Shown here piece by piece: positions 49,177-58,682 of a stretch of 64,000 bases of DNA. Under the pieces are notes generated by a model. The model did no database searches. It was given only the letters and a program-made list of their open reading frames with translations, and was not told where the DNA came from. Both the position numbers and the translations under genes were made by a program. Source of the DNA: Pseudomonadota bacterium (lineage in GTDB: Bacteria; Desulfobacterota; Desulfobacteria; Desulfobacterales; JBDRRP01); contig JBDRRP010000129.1 of assembly GCA_043825735.1 (NCBI GenBank), positions 62,001 to 126,000 of the forward strand, given 5' to 3'. Within the stretch, counting starts at the first letter, position 1; the number at the start of each line of letters is the position of its first letter.

Positions 49177-49378
49177 CCGGTCGCATTAAAACCACCGGTG
49201 CCGCATGGCGCAGTCGAAAATCCTGCATCCCTCCGGAAGATCGTATCCCCCCTGATCGCGGTGATGAAAGTGACTGGATACTGCTTTCAGGCGGTGCCGG
49301 ACACTTCGACGAGCGTCAGCTCCTGAAAGGTACTACCTCTGCTACCAACCGGCGTCCCATCTATTTGCTTAGACGTAC

Positions 49379-49590
49379 TCATAGGCATGCCGGCCTGGGC
49401 GATATAGGGGGGAGCAGACGGCGGTAGTCGTCGAGGGTTTTGGCCAGCGGGAGTTGTTCGAACAGATAGCGCAGGTAGGTGTAGGACTTGAGGCCGTTGG
49501 CCTTGGCAGTCTCGATGAGGCTGTATATGAAGGTGCTGCCTTTGGCACCGATAGGAGAGCCCGAGAACAGCAGTTTTTCCTGCCAACGCA
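49379..49590 (-). mobile_element. IS66-family transposase 3' remnant (frameshifted)
   Basis: GRKN / LFSGS..GA....IYSLIETAKANGL..YTYLRYLFEQLP...LLP; a 1-nt loss at the usual Trp codon. Confidence 0.8.
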
Positions 49591-49642
49591 CTCTTCAGCG
49601 CCGCGGCTCTTTTGCGGTCCGCTGGAAGAGGTTGTTGGCCAT

Positions 49643-49936
49643 CTATCCGTTATGTAAAGCATCAAGAACAGCACTGGGATTTTTTGATGCTATTCGCAAC
49701 AGTGCCTTGGCTGGGCCTTCGGGTTTCCTTCTGCCTTGCTCCCAATTTTGTAAAGTTCGGACACTAACCCCAATCATAAGCGCAAATTCATTTTGTGAAA
49801 CATTGAGTTTCTCTATTACATCTTTAATTTCCGGCGAATTGATTTCGTAATTACGGCTTGGTGCCTTACGCCCAGTCTTTATTTCACCGGCTTCCTTAAT
49901 GCTGGCAACCAACTTTTCAAAATGCTCATTTTTCAT
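49643..49936 (-). CDS. XRE-family HTH antitoxin (HigA/NadS-like)
   Basis: SQNEFALMIGVSVRTLQNWEQGRRKPEGPAKALL motif. Confidence 0.88.
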   Translation of the reverse strand: MKNEHFEKLVASIKEAGEIKTGRKAPSRNYEINSPEIKDVIEKLNVSQNEFALMIGVSVRTLQNWEQGRRKPEGPAKALLRIASKNPSAVLDALHNG

Positions 49937-50160
49937 GATAACAACTCCTTGATCATTCCACGGACCAGCTTGAGCGGGTCCGATGTCAAATCTTCTTTTT
50001 CATTCTTCCTGTATGGGAAGAGCATAAAAATAGTGTCAGGAGGACTCCAATAGTAAATGATTCTCAATGCACTTCTTTTTCCTGTACCGGGAAGATTCCA
50101 GCGAATTTTCCGTAAACCGCCACTACCCTGAATCAGGCTTCCGGCATCTGGCCGACGGGA
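49933..50160 (-). pseudogene. RelE/HigB-like toxin, 5'-truncated
   Basis: PDAGSLIQGSGGLRKIRW...GKR..LRIIYY...YRKNEKEDLT present; the usual N-terminal helix and start are replaced by unrelated sequence. Confidence 0.7.
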
Positions 50161-50326
50161 TCTATTGTACATAAACCGGTAAAGTGACGCAAATAAAGGC
50201 CTGGCTGACACGCATTCCGGTACTTTTTCTATATGACAGATTTTGGCCCCGAAAAGTACGAAATAGCCTATACAAACACCTATAATTTGGATAAAAATAT
50301 GTGTGCTTGCAATAGGATAGCTCGGT

Positions 50327-50408
50327 GCGACCCCATTTCACCATTTCAACCATTTCAACCCCGACCCCATTTCCTACAGCCCCATTTCACATCGACCCCA
50401 TTTCACCA
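50327..50408. repeat. cluster of short (GACC)CCATTTC repeats
   Basis: Six CCATTTC units with irregular short spacing. Confidence 0.6.
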
Positions 50409-50616
50409 TCTGCGCCGCGTTCCGGGTTCCGGGTTTAAAAGCGTTGCCCCCCGCTTCTAAGCCCGCGTTGCCCTTCTTTGCGTCCTTCGCGTCCTTCGCG
50501 GTTCAAGCTTCTTCAGTTTTCTTTGATGTGAAAAACCCACCACCCGCTTCGCTAAAGTCACGGAGAAAACTTGCCACCGCATTTTTCCTGTGGTGCCGCG
50601 CAAGCCAGCGGCGCCC

Positions 50617-50670
50617 AAAAAAGAAAAGCCCCCGGCGGCCGCCTAGATCGGAGGGCGGCCGCAGGGGGCT
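50617..50670 (-). terminator. intrinsic terminator of the cytochrome operon
   Basis: Long GC stem AGCCCCC-GCGGCCGCC / GGCGGCCGC-GGGGGCT followed by TTTCTTTTTT on the minus strand. Confidence 0.85.
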
Positions 50671-50690
50671 CGGGTCGGCTCGGATGCCGG

Positions 50691-52766
50691 TCAGGGTTGG
50701 GGCTTGAATCCCATGGGCAGCCTCTTGAAGCGGCCCCCGAAAATGATGGGATCGCCCTTGTAGCCCAGCGCCTTGAAGTCGATGTAGTCGGTGGTGCCCA
50801 CCAGATCGCTCACATCGCGGCCTTTGGAGGCCATGTATGAAAAGTCGGTCCCCTTGTGGGCGATGGTTTTGAAATCGACATCACGGCTGTCCTGGTGGCA
50901 GCGGTTGCAGGTGCGCTCGCCTTTCAGGCTCTCGTGACACTGCACGCACGAAAGCGCCATGTCCGCCGGCATCACTTCGTGCTCGACCCCCCAGTACATG
51001 TTGGTCTTGACCCACTTGTACTTGCCGCTGTAGGGCAGGTTCGCCGCCTTCATCCCGACGCTGAAAGCCTTTTGCCAGTCGCGGTGCTTCCAGTATGCGG
51101 TGGTATCTTCCTTGTCTTTGGGGAAAAGGTGGGGCACCAGCAGATAGTCGTATTCGGCATCAACGGGCTGGATACCGGCCATGATCTTGAAGGGAGAGAT
51201 CTTTGAATTGGGATCGTTGATGGATCCCACCGGCGCGGAGATGTTGATGTCCTTTTGATCCAGATCCAATTTATCTCCCAGCAGGATGCGCTTCATGAAT
51301 CCGCCATACCAGGTATAGACCGGCTTGGCCGATTCTTTCCACAAAAACTCACCCTTTTTCCAATCGTAGTCCGGCATGCCGTACTTGTCTTTTTTGGGCT
51401 TCCGGTCCTTGTCACCGGCCTTGGACCAGTCCCAGAAGACTTTGGTCGGCTTGCATTTGGCATACACCGGCGCATGGCACGTGGTGCAGGCGATGGTATC
51501 GCTGTGCTTGTTCAGATGATGGTCCAGCAGCTTGGCCCCGGAATGGGGTTTGGCCGTATGACAGTTCGTGCAGGACATGCTGCCCTCCACCACCGGAACC
51601 GACGAGCTGCGGCCGGCGATCTTGTGGTTGCGGGTGCGGTGGCACTCGGTGCACTGAAAATCGTATCCGCCCATGTGAACATCGCAGCTTCGATCCGGTG
51701 TCAAAAGCTGGCGGGAAAGGTCGGCGTGCTTGACCGCTTCTCCGCCGCCACCGTTGAAGTGGCAGTCACCACAGGTCTTGCGCGTGGTGGGGCCCACACT
51801 CTGGGCCACCGCCACCAGGTCAACCTTGGGATCCGGCATACCGGCGGCAGTGGGTGTCTTTTCGTAGGTGCCGGTACGGTCATGGCAGACCAGGCAGTCC
51901 ATTTTAGTCATGTCGGTAAAATCAAATGTCGCGTCTTTCCATCCGTATCCGGCGTGGCAACTTGTGCAACGAGCCTCGTTGCTTGCGATGCTCATTCAGA
52001 AATTGTTGGTGGCAATGGTTGCCTTGCCGAGCAGGACCTCCTTTCTATGGTTGAGCGTATAGGGCGAGGGGCCTTTCCACAGCCAGTGCGCCGATTTGAG
52101 CATGTCTTCGCCGGCCGGCTTGTGACAGCGCAGACATTCGATCGTCACCTCCGACGGAGTCGGCTTGTCGGAAAGCTTAACCAGTGTTTTATGATCGGGA
52201 ACGTTCTTGCTGTGGCAGCCTGCGCAGTCGATGGGCCCCTTGTCCATTTCCTTGTGGCAGCCCATGCACTGCTGGTGATAGGCCGCCTTGAGCCCCAGGC
52301 GTTCGGGGTGGTCCTTTCTGAAGGACTCCTGATGGCAGGCCGAGCATCGCGTGGTTTCCTCAGCCCCCTCGGCCAGTGGGCGGTAGTGGTGGCACAAGGC
52401 ACAGTCCTTGGTCACGGCGGCGTGCTTGCTGTGCATGAAGCGCACCGGCCCGTAGTGATCTTCGGTCTTTTTGAGGATGGGACTGTCGAGCAGAAAATAG
52501 CTTTCGGTCTGGTCCTTGATGCCGAGCCCCATGTCTCTCAAACGCTGCTGGCGGCACAGCCGGCATTCATCGACCACCGCTTCCACAAACGGCACCATTG
52601 CCTTTGCCCGGATTTTTGCAGCCTCCTGATCCGGCGCTGTCCAGCCGGCCGCGGCCGGTTCCGGGGCGGCTGCTGGCGCCGGAGCCGCCGCGATGGCCCC
52701 GCCTGCCGCAAGCAATCCGGCCAGGGTGACCACAATGAATAAAACACCCGGTCCTGTTCTGGTCAT
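50691..52766 (-). CDS. predicted selenocysteine-containing multiheme cytochrome c: tetraheme c3 domain fused to an octaheme tetrathionate reductase (OTR) family domain; 691 aa, 13 CxxCH, Sec at codon 257 (TGA 51996-51998)
   Basis: The two ORFs are in frame and separated only by TGA: HWLWKG...GKATIATNNF-TGA-MSIASNEARCTSCHAGYGW. SECIS-like hairpin follows, and only the upstream part has a signal peptide. Confidence 0.85.
51957..51986 (-). other. putative bacterial SECIS element
   Basis: Stem GCAACGA/TCGTTGC at +14 to +30 after the TGA with GGC loop (GG at +21/+22); possible lower GCAA/TTGC pairing. Confidence 0.7.
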
Positions 52767-53968
52767 GCAGACACCTCCTGTTCCGGTTTATTGAGCACCG
52801 GCAAATAGGTCACAAATAATCGATAGAGAAACATCAACGCCGCGATGAGCCCGACGGTCACCAGCATTTCGCCGATGGCCGGAAAGTAATTGGCCTCGCT
52901 GACCGGCGGCCGGTAGCCCACCACGAACACGTTGATCCGGTTGACCATGACCCCGCCCACAATCATCGTGCAGGCGATGAAAAGCCCGCGCCGGGAGCTG
53001 CGGATTTTCGGCGAGAGCAGCATGAGCCAAGGCACGATGACACCGAAAAGAACCTCGACGATAAAAGCATTGGTCTGGGCGGTGCCGTCAAGCAGGTAGA
53101 CATAAGTGCCGCGAACAACCATGTCACCGACTTTCAGCGCCATGTAGAGTCCCAGTAAGAATAAGGTGATGCGCGTGAGCGGTTCGAGGATTTTCATCTC
53201 CGAATCAAGCTTCAGGCTCGTGGTGGCGAGCGTCGCCTCGAACACCACCATGGGATACCCCACGGCAATGGCCGAGGAGAGAAACAGCAACGGCAGGATG
53301 GGTGTGTACCAGAGCGGGTGCAGTTTGGTGGGCGCGATGAGCATGAGCGATCCCAGGCTGGACTGATGCATGCACGAAAGCACTACCCCGGCAATGATCA
53401 GCACCCACATGATTTTGCCCAGGAGCAGGTCGGCCAGATTCAGCAACCCGTCGACGGGGCGGTTGAGCACGGCCAGGGGCCCGGGAAGCGCCACTTTGCC
53501 TTTGAAGCGTTCAACCACGATGGGAACAAATTCGAGATAAAGCACGTTGAGGTAGAACATCACGCACATGGCCACCTCAAAGAGCACCGACGTGGGGTTC
53601 CAGTAGATTAGCGGCTTCCAGATGGCCCAGGAGCGGCCGATATCCACCAGAAGCCCCAGTACGACAAAGGTATAGCCCAGCATGGCGGTGAGCAGTGCCG
53701 GGCGCACCACCGGTTCGTAATAATGGCGACCGATGATGTGGGCCAGAAACGCCGTGGTGAACCCTCCGGCCGCCAGGGCCACGCCCGAGGCCACGTCCAC
53801 GCCGATCCACAATCCCCAGGGCCTGGCGGTGCTGAGATTGGACACATAGCCGATGCCGCCGATAAACCGGGCAATAATCGTTGCGGCACCGGCTGCCATG
53901 AGGACAGCCAGCACGACAACCCCGGGAGTCCAGAATTTCGCATTGATGGGCGCTGCATGATGGCTCAT
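52763..53968 (-). CDS. NrfD/PsrC-family quinol-interacting membrane subunit (HybB/HmcC-like)
   Basis: [36 protein letters not shown] and MHQSSLGSL...KLHPLW motifs; about 10 TM helices. Confidence 0.9.
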   Translation of the reverse strand: MSHHAAPINAKFWTPGVVVLAVLMAAGAATIIARFIGGIGYVSNLSTARPWGLWIGVDVASGVALAAGGFTTAFLAHIIGRHYYEPVVRPALLTAMLGYTFVVLGLLVDIGRSWAIWKPLIYWNPTSVLFEVAMCVMFYLNVLYLEFVPIVVERFKGKVALPGPLAVLNRPVDGLLNLADLLLGKIMWVLIIAGVVLSCMHQSSLGSLMLIAPTKLHPLWYTPILPLLFLSSAIAVGYPMVVFEATLATTSLKLDSEMKILEPLTRITLFLLGLYMALKVGDMVVRGTYVYLLDGTAQTNAFIVEVLFGVIVPWLMLLSPKIRSSRRGLFIACTMIVGGVMVNRINVFVVGYRPPVSEANYFPAIGEMLVTVGLIAALMFLYRLFVTYLPVLNKPEQEVSA

Positions 53969-54888
53969 TGGCCGCCTCCTTTTCCGCCGCCTTCGGCGCG
54001 CTCACCCTTGTCCTTGAACCCCCACATGATGCCGCTGAGCATGCCGAACAACACGATGGGAGACCACAGATAACTGAACAAGGAGTGTTGAATGGTTTCG
54101 GCGAGCTGGGGAATGGGCTTTTCCGGCAGCGCCGTGAACCCCAGCTTTTCAAAGGGAACGCCGGAGACATACATCCAGCTGGTGCCGCCCACCTCGTTTT
54201 CACCGTAAATATGGTCGATGTAGCGGCCCGGGTTTTTATCGATACGTTCCCGGGCCACCTGACGCAGGGTGCTGCGACGGCCGAAGGTGATGGCCTCCAC
54301 CGGGCAGATCTCGGCGCAGCCGGGCAGCTTGTTTTCCGCCGCCACCCGCTCGTAGCAGAAGGTGCACTTCATCACCCGCGGGGTGATGGGGTCGTGATAC
54401 TCGTAGGCCGGAATCTCGAATGGGCAGGCCACCATGCAGTACCGGCAACCGATGCATTTGCTGACATCGTAGTGCACCGCGCCGTTTTCTTTCTTGCTCA
54501 AAGCGCCCACGATGCATGCCGAGGCGCAGGCCGGGTCCTGGCAGTGCATGCACTGGAGCTTGACAAAGGTGGGAATCAACTGATCCCGCTCGTCGATCAC
54601 GCCGGAAGTATAGCGGTTGACTACCGTGAAGGCCCGCTCGTCGGGCCGGCGTTTTTTATCCAGGATCGTCAGGTCTTCGAAGGATTGATCCGGCGGCGGC
54701 AGGTGGTTGACGCTGTTGCAGGCCTGCTCGCATTTGCGGCAGCCGATGCATCGTGTCAAATCCACCAGACAGCCGTACGGGTCGGCCGGCGCCTTAGACT
54801 GCCATGCACCCACCGATGGCGCCGGCACGGCGGCCGTGGCGCCCGCAATGCCCATGAACTTGAAAAAGCCTCGACGGCTCAGTCCCAT
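53965..54888 (-). CDS. Tat-exported 4Fe-4S ferredoxin subunit (HybA/NrfC/HmcB-like) with C-terminal TM helix
   Basis: SRRGFFK twin-arginine signal; [36 protein letters not shown] and KCTFC...PGCAEICP motifs; GGAGG RBS. Confidence 0.92.
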   Translation of the reverse strand: MGLSRRGFFKFMGIAGATAAVPAPSVGAWQSKAPADPYGCLVDLTRCIGCRKCEQACNSVNHLPPPDQSFEDLTILDKKRRPDERAFTVVNRYTSGVIDERDQLIPTFVKLQCMHCQDPACASACIVGALSKKENGAVHYDVSKCIGCRYCMVACPFEIPAYEYHDPITPRVMKCTFCYERVAAENKLPGCAEICPVEAITFGRRSTLRQVARERIDKNPGRYIDHIYGENEVGGTSWMYVSGVPFEKLGFTALPEKPIPQLAETIQHSLFSYLWSPIVLFGMLSGIMWGFKDKGERAEGGGKGGGQ

Positions 54889-54915
54889 AATGCCTCCTGT
54901 CACATGATGACGGCG

Positions 54916-55191
54916 TCACTGCCGCCGGACGTCTATCTCAGCCGACCGCACCGTTGCGCTGCCGGTCATTTTTACCAGATGGATCTCATAACCCTCGGCG
55001 GCGTGCCGGGCAGTCAATTCAGTCCCCGGCAGCGCACCGAAGAGCAGCACCAGGTTTTTGAAAACATTTCCGTCTTTCAGAGTTACGTCCAGCGCATCAC
55101 AAGGCTTCATGACATCGAGCAGATTGTGACATTTCAGTATGCTGGCGGGCCACGGAATGTCTGCCAGATTGAGCCGGTATGTCCGAGGCAT
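54916..55191 (-). CDS. degenerate TusA-fold protein (CPxP replaced by WPAS)
   Basis: LNLADIPWPASILKCHNLLDVMKPCDALDVTLKD...YEIHLVK pattern; GGAGG RBS. Confidence 0.6.
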   Translation of the reverse strand: MPRTYRLNLADIPWPASILKCHNLLDVMKPCDALDVTLKDGNVFKNLVLLFGALPGTELTARHAAEGYEIHLVKMTGSATVRSAEIDVRRQ

Positions 55192-55256
55192 AATAACCCC
55201 TCCAGGCCATGAAGTGCCGGATCGCCCCGACGGATCCATGGGGTTTCACCACTTAG

Positions 55257-55272
55257 ATCAAATCGCATGCCA
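55257..55272 (-). promoter_or_regulatory. sigma54-like promoter of the cytochrome operon
   Basis: TGGCATGCGATTTGAT (TTGA at -12). Confidence 0.6.
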
Positions 55273-55370
55273 CTTTTACCAATTTGCCGGAATTAGTTAT
55301 AACTTGCCTAAATTAATATTAATTTTATGATATTACCGGTTGGCGCCGACAGTGGGCCCCGACAAAGTGA

Positions 55371-55428
55371 TTAAACACTTGTTTATTTAAACACCATGTG
55401 TTTAATGTTTAACAACCAGCGTTGAACG
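55371..55428. promoter_or_regulatory. putative UAS (TGTTTA / T(A/T)AACA half-sites)
   Basis: TAAACA at 55372, TGTTTA-TT-TAAACA at 55380-55393 and TGTTTA-N4-TTAACA at 55399-55414, just upstream of activator 3. Confidence 0.55.
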
Positions 55429-55451
55429 ACCTTTAAAAAAGGAAATCGGCT

Positions 55452-56840
55452 GTGAGCGGATTGGAGTTCGATCAGTATTGGTGGCGGGTCATCAACACAA
55501 TGAACGATGCTCTTTTGATCGTCAGCAACACCGGCATCATTTTAACGGTCAACCAGTCTTTTGAGGAGATGACCGGATACAGTGCCACCGAAGTGATCGG
55601 CAAGCCCTGCACCCTGTTGGAATGCAATGCCTGCGAAAAAGTCATCAACCCGGTCGGCGGCATGTGGTGTAAGCTCTTTGATCTCGGCAACCCGGGTATC
55701 CGCCGCTGCCGCTGCGAAATTCTCAAAAAGGACGGGACCTATCTGTCCGCGCTGAAAAATGCCTCCGTACTGCGAGACAACGCCGGCACTGTACTGGGAG
55801 CGGTGGAAACCCTGACGGACATCTCCGAACTGACCCGGCTGGATGAAAAGGTGAGAACCCTGTCGCGCCAACTGGGCACCGACCAGACGCGGCACGGGAT
55901 TGTCGGCGAATCCTCCGGCATCCAAAAGGTCCTCGATATCATAGAAAAAGCGGCCAAAAGCGATGCGCCGGTGATCATCACGGGAGAGAGCGGCACCGGT
56001 AAGGAGCTCGTTGCTCATGCCATTCACGATATGGGAAACCGCCGCAACGGCCCCTTCGTGCAGCTCAATTGTGCGGCCCTCAACGAATCCATCCTGGAGA
56101 GTGAACTGTTCGGCCATGTCAAGGGGTCGTTCACCGGTGCCTACCGCGACCGAAAGGGGCGGTTCGAAACGGCCAACGGCGGGGATCTCTTTCTCGATGA
56201 AATCGGGGACATCCCCATGGCCATCCAGATCAAACTGCTGCGGGTTCTGGAAACCAAGCAGTTCGAACATGTCGGTGATGATCAACCGGTTACCGTGAAC
56301 GTCCGGATCATCACGGCCACCAACAAAAATCTCATCGAGCTGATCGGTGAGAAGAAGTTCCGGGAGGACCTGTACTTTCGCATCAACGTCATTCCCATCC
56401 ACCTGCCGCCGCTGCGGGAAAGAACGGATGACATCCCCTTGCTGGTAAATGCATTCGTCAAGCAGCTCTCTACGATGACGGAAAAGGATATCCACGGCCT
56501 TACCAAGGAGGCGCTGCAGTACCTGATGGCCTATCGGTGGCCGGGTAACATCCGCGAACTGAAAAGCGCCCTGGAATACGCTTTTGCTATCGCGGAAAAT
56601 GGCCCGCTGACCGCCGACCACCTGCCCCCCTATGTCCTGACAGGCAGACCGGCGGTATGGGGGCTCGACACCCAAAAATCTCCACAGGCATCCTCTGAAC
56701 GCCAGGCCCTCATCGATGCATTGAAACAAACTGCCGGCAACCAATCGCAGGCGGCGCGGATTCTAGGGGTAAATCGTGTGACGGTATGGAACCGGATGCG
56801 AAAATATGGCATCGATCTCAAACGGGAACTTTCCGTATAG
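55452..56840 (+). CDS. sigma54-dependent activator 3 (Cys-rich PAS, AAA+ with GSFTGA, Fis HTH)
   Basis: [23 protein letters not shown] and WPGNIREL motifs; [12 protein letters not shown]...WC; GTG start. Confidence 0.92.
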   Translation: MSGLEFDQYWWRVINTMNDALLIVSNTGIILTVNQSFEEMTGYSATEVIGKPCTLLECNACEKVINPVGGMWCKLFDLGNPGIRRCRCEILKKDGTYLSALKNASVLRDNAGTVLGAVETLTDISELTRLDEKVRTLSRQLGTDQTRHGIVGESSGIQKVLDIIEKAAKSDAPVIITGESGTGKELVAHAIHDMGNRRNGPFVQLNCAALNESILESELFGHVKGSFTGAYRDRKGRFETANGGDLFLDEIGDIPMAIQIKLLRVLETKQFEHVGDDQPVTVNVRIITATNKNLIELIGEKKFREDLYFRINVIPIHLPPLRERTDDIPLLVNAFVKQLSTMTEKDIHGLTKEALQYLMAYRWPGNIRELKSALEYAFAIAENGPLTADHLPPYVLTGRPAVWGLDTQKSPQASSERQALIDALKQTAGNQSQAARILGVNRVTVWNRMRKYGIDLKRELSV

Positions 56841-57006
56841 CGCACCGGATGAACGCGCTATTGACAGGACGGTCAAATCCTTGGATGAACTGCCAGGGCC
56901 GCAGCGCAGCGCAGTGTCAACCGAAGGCGATTGCCAGGACGGCAGATTTTTCCCGACCCGCCGCAGTGATGTGGCGGATTTTCTTTAGACATGAGGACTC
57001 CTGATC

Positions 57007-58245
57007 ATGACCGACACCCTGTTTGTGCAGTTTTACAACAAATCCAAGAGCGGCTACTACGACCTGTGCAACGGGTTTTCAGACACCTATGATCTTTGTG
57101 CGGGCACCGGCGATTTCTACTGGACCGAGCACGAACCGGATCGCGGCAAATGGTATTCGGAGGAGACCTACCAGGGCAGGGAACTGCCTATCAACAAGGG
57201 CAAGGTCTATATCAGCGCCATTTACGCCAACCATCTCTTCCAGGCCTATGTATGGGCCAAGGCCTATCCGGACATCACATTTACCGTCGGTGGGCCGGTG
57301 GCGGCCGAACGCTGCATCGAAGCAAAGCAGTGGAATCCGATTTATCTCATCGTCGATGACGGGTTCTCGATTCCCGACAACCTCATCATCACCGGAAAAA
57401 GTGTGGAAGACATCTTCGGAGTGCCGAATTTTTCGGGCCGCTGGAAACTGGATATCCCTCAGTTTGTTCCGGAAACGGCAAAAATCTATTTCTCGTATAC
57501 CATCGACAACGGGTGCTACTGGAAAAAATGCGAGTTCTGCAACATCGCCCTGCATGCCAGGGAGGCCTTCAGGGCGCGAAAAGAAATGCATTTGGAGTTC
57601 AAGGACCTCGATCATCCGGGGCACAAGATTGTCCGGTTGAACACCGGTTCCATACCCCTTCAGTTTATCCGGCAAACACTGCCAAAGCTCCCCCGCCGCG
57701 GCGACATGGAATACCGGATGTTTATCAGAACCGGACGCGCCGAGAATGCGGCCTTAAAGGAAATGCTGGCAGGATACGAGGGGCGATTTCCCAGCAGTAT
57801 CCTGGGATTCGGAATGGAGTTTCCCTCCAACCGGATGCTCAAAAGCATGGGCAAAGGCTGCACCACGGAAGACGTGCTGGCGTTCATCCGAATCTGCCGC
57901 GGCCGTGATATTCGAATCAACGCCAATTTTATTCTTGGCTGGAACAATCTTACCGAAGCGGATCTGGGCGAGCTGAAGGGTTTTCTGGAAGCCATGCCCG
58001 AAAATGCGTTCACATCTCTGCAGGCCCGGTGGCTCCTGGCCCATCCGTACTCGAAAATCCATGATACCTATCAGGGAGAGCCCATCCGGCTGGGGCCATT
58101 TTATGAAGGGTTCCGGGTGAATATCAACGATGAGCAGATGCTGCTCAATCAAAAAGCGGCCGATATCGTCGAAAAGTACTCGGTGATCAAAAATTACAAA
58201 CTGGAAGGCATGCCAAATATTCGAAAGCAGTTGAGCGGGGCGTAA
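57007..58245 (+). CDS. radical SAM protein (divergent, resembles the B12-binding class)
   Basis: GCYWKKCEFC CxxxCxxC motif, upstream VGGP and FGMEFPSNRMLKSMGKG; GAGGA RBS. Confidence 0.8.
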   Translation: MTDTLFVQFYNKSKSGYYDLCNGFSDTYDLCAGTGDFYWTEHEPDRGKWYSEETYQGRELPINKGKVYISAIYANHLFQAYVWAKAYPDITFTVGGPVAAERCIEAKQWNPIYLIVDDGFSIPDNLIITGKSVEDIFGVPNFSGRWKLDIPQFVPETAKIYFSYTIDNGCYWKKCEFCNIALHAREAFRARKEMHLEFKDLDHPGHKIVRLNTGSIPLQFIRQTLPKLPRRGDMEYRMFIRTGRAENAALKEMLAGYEGRFPSSILGFGMEFPSNRMLKSMGKGCTTEDVLAFIRICRGRDIRINANFILGWNNLTEADLGELKGFLEAMPENAFTSLQARWLLAHPYSKIHDTYQGEPIRLGPFYEGFRVNINDEQMLLNQKAADIVEKYSVIKNYKLEGMPNIRKQLSGA

Positions 58246-58443
58246 TGTTCGCCCGGGGGCCCCTTCGAAGCGCTGTCGGTCTGGATCCCCGCGCGAGACG
58301 CCGGGATGACGGAAAACGGGAAAATTCGCTTAACCGCTTATTCAGGAAGCGCAAGCTACAGCCGGGAGCCATTGGAATCGGGAAAAATCACATCACTGCG
58401 GCGTTCACGGAGCACACGGATGTTTTTTAACCCAAAAAGATGT

Positions 58444-58532
58444 TCTCGCGCAGAGGCGCGGAGACGCTGAGGACTGCGAAAAATGGAATTGCGCGAGTGC
58501 CTTTCCCTGCGCCTCTGCGCCGCTGCGCGAGA
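58444..58532. repeat. intergenic palindromic repeat (TCTCGCGCAG family)
   Basis: TCTCGCGCAGAGGCGC ... GCGCCGCTGCGCGAGA. Confidence 0.6.
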
Positions 58533-58682
58533 TATGAATTAATAAATCTCCGTGCCCTTCATGACTTCGTGGTTCAACATCACATTAGGCAGAGACCCAC
58601 TGGAGCATTCTGCATAAGCGTATTCGCGTATTTTACGTATTCATTAAAATTGAAGGCGCCGTGTGGGGCGGCTGTTCGCCCC

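Noticed and set aside
50327..50408. CRISPR array
   Set aside because: Repeats are only 7-12 bp with irregular, very short spacers, and no cas genes are present
50691..51995. Treating the 434-aa ORF as an independent cytochrome gene
   Set aside because: It has no RBS or signal peptide and lacks the first OTR heme motif, which lies upstream of the in-frame TGA
52763..54888. Hydrogenase-2 (hyb) operon
   Set aside because: HybA- and HybB-like genes are present, but there are no NiFe large or small subunits or maturation genes; the partner is a multiheme cytochrome
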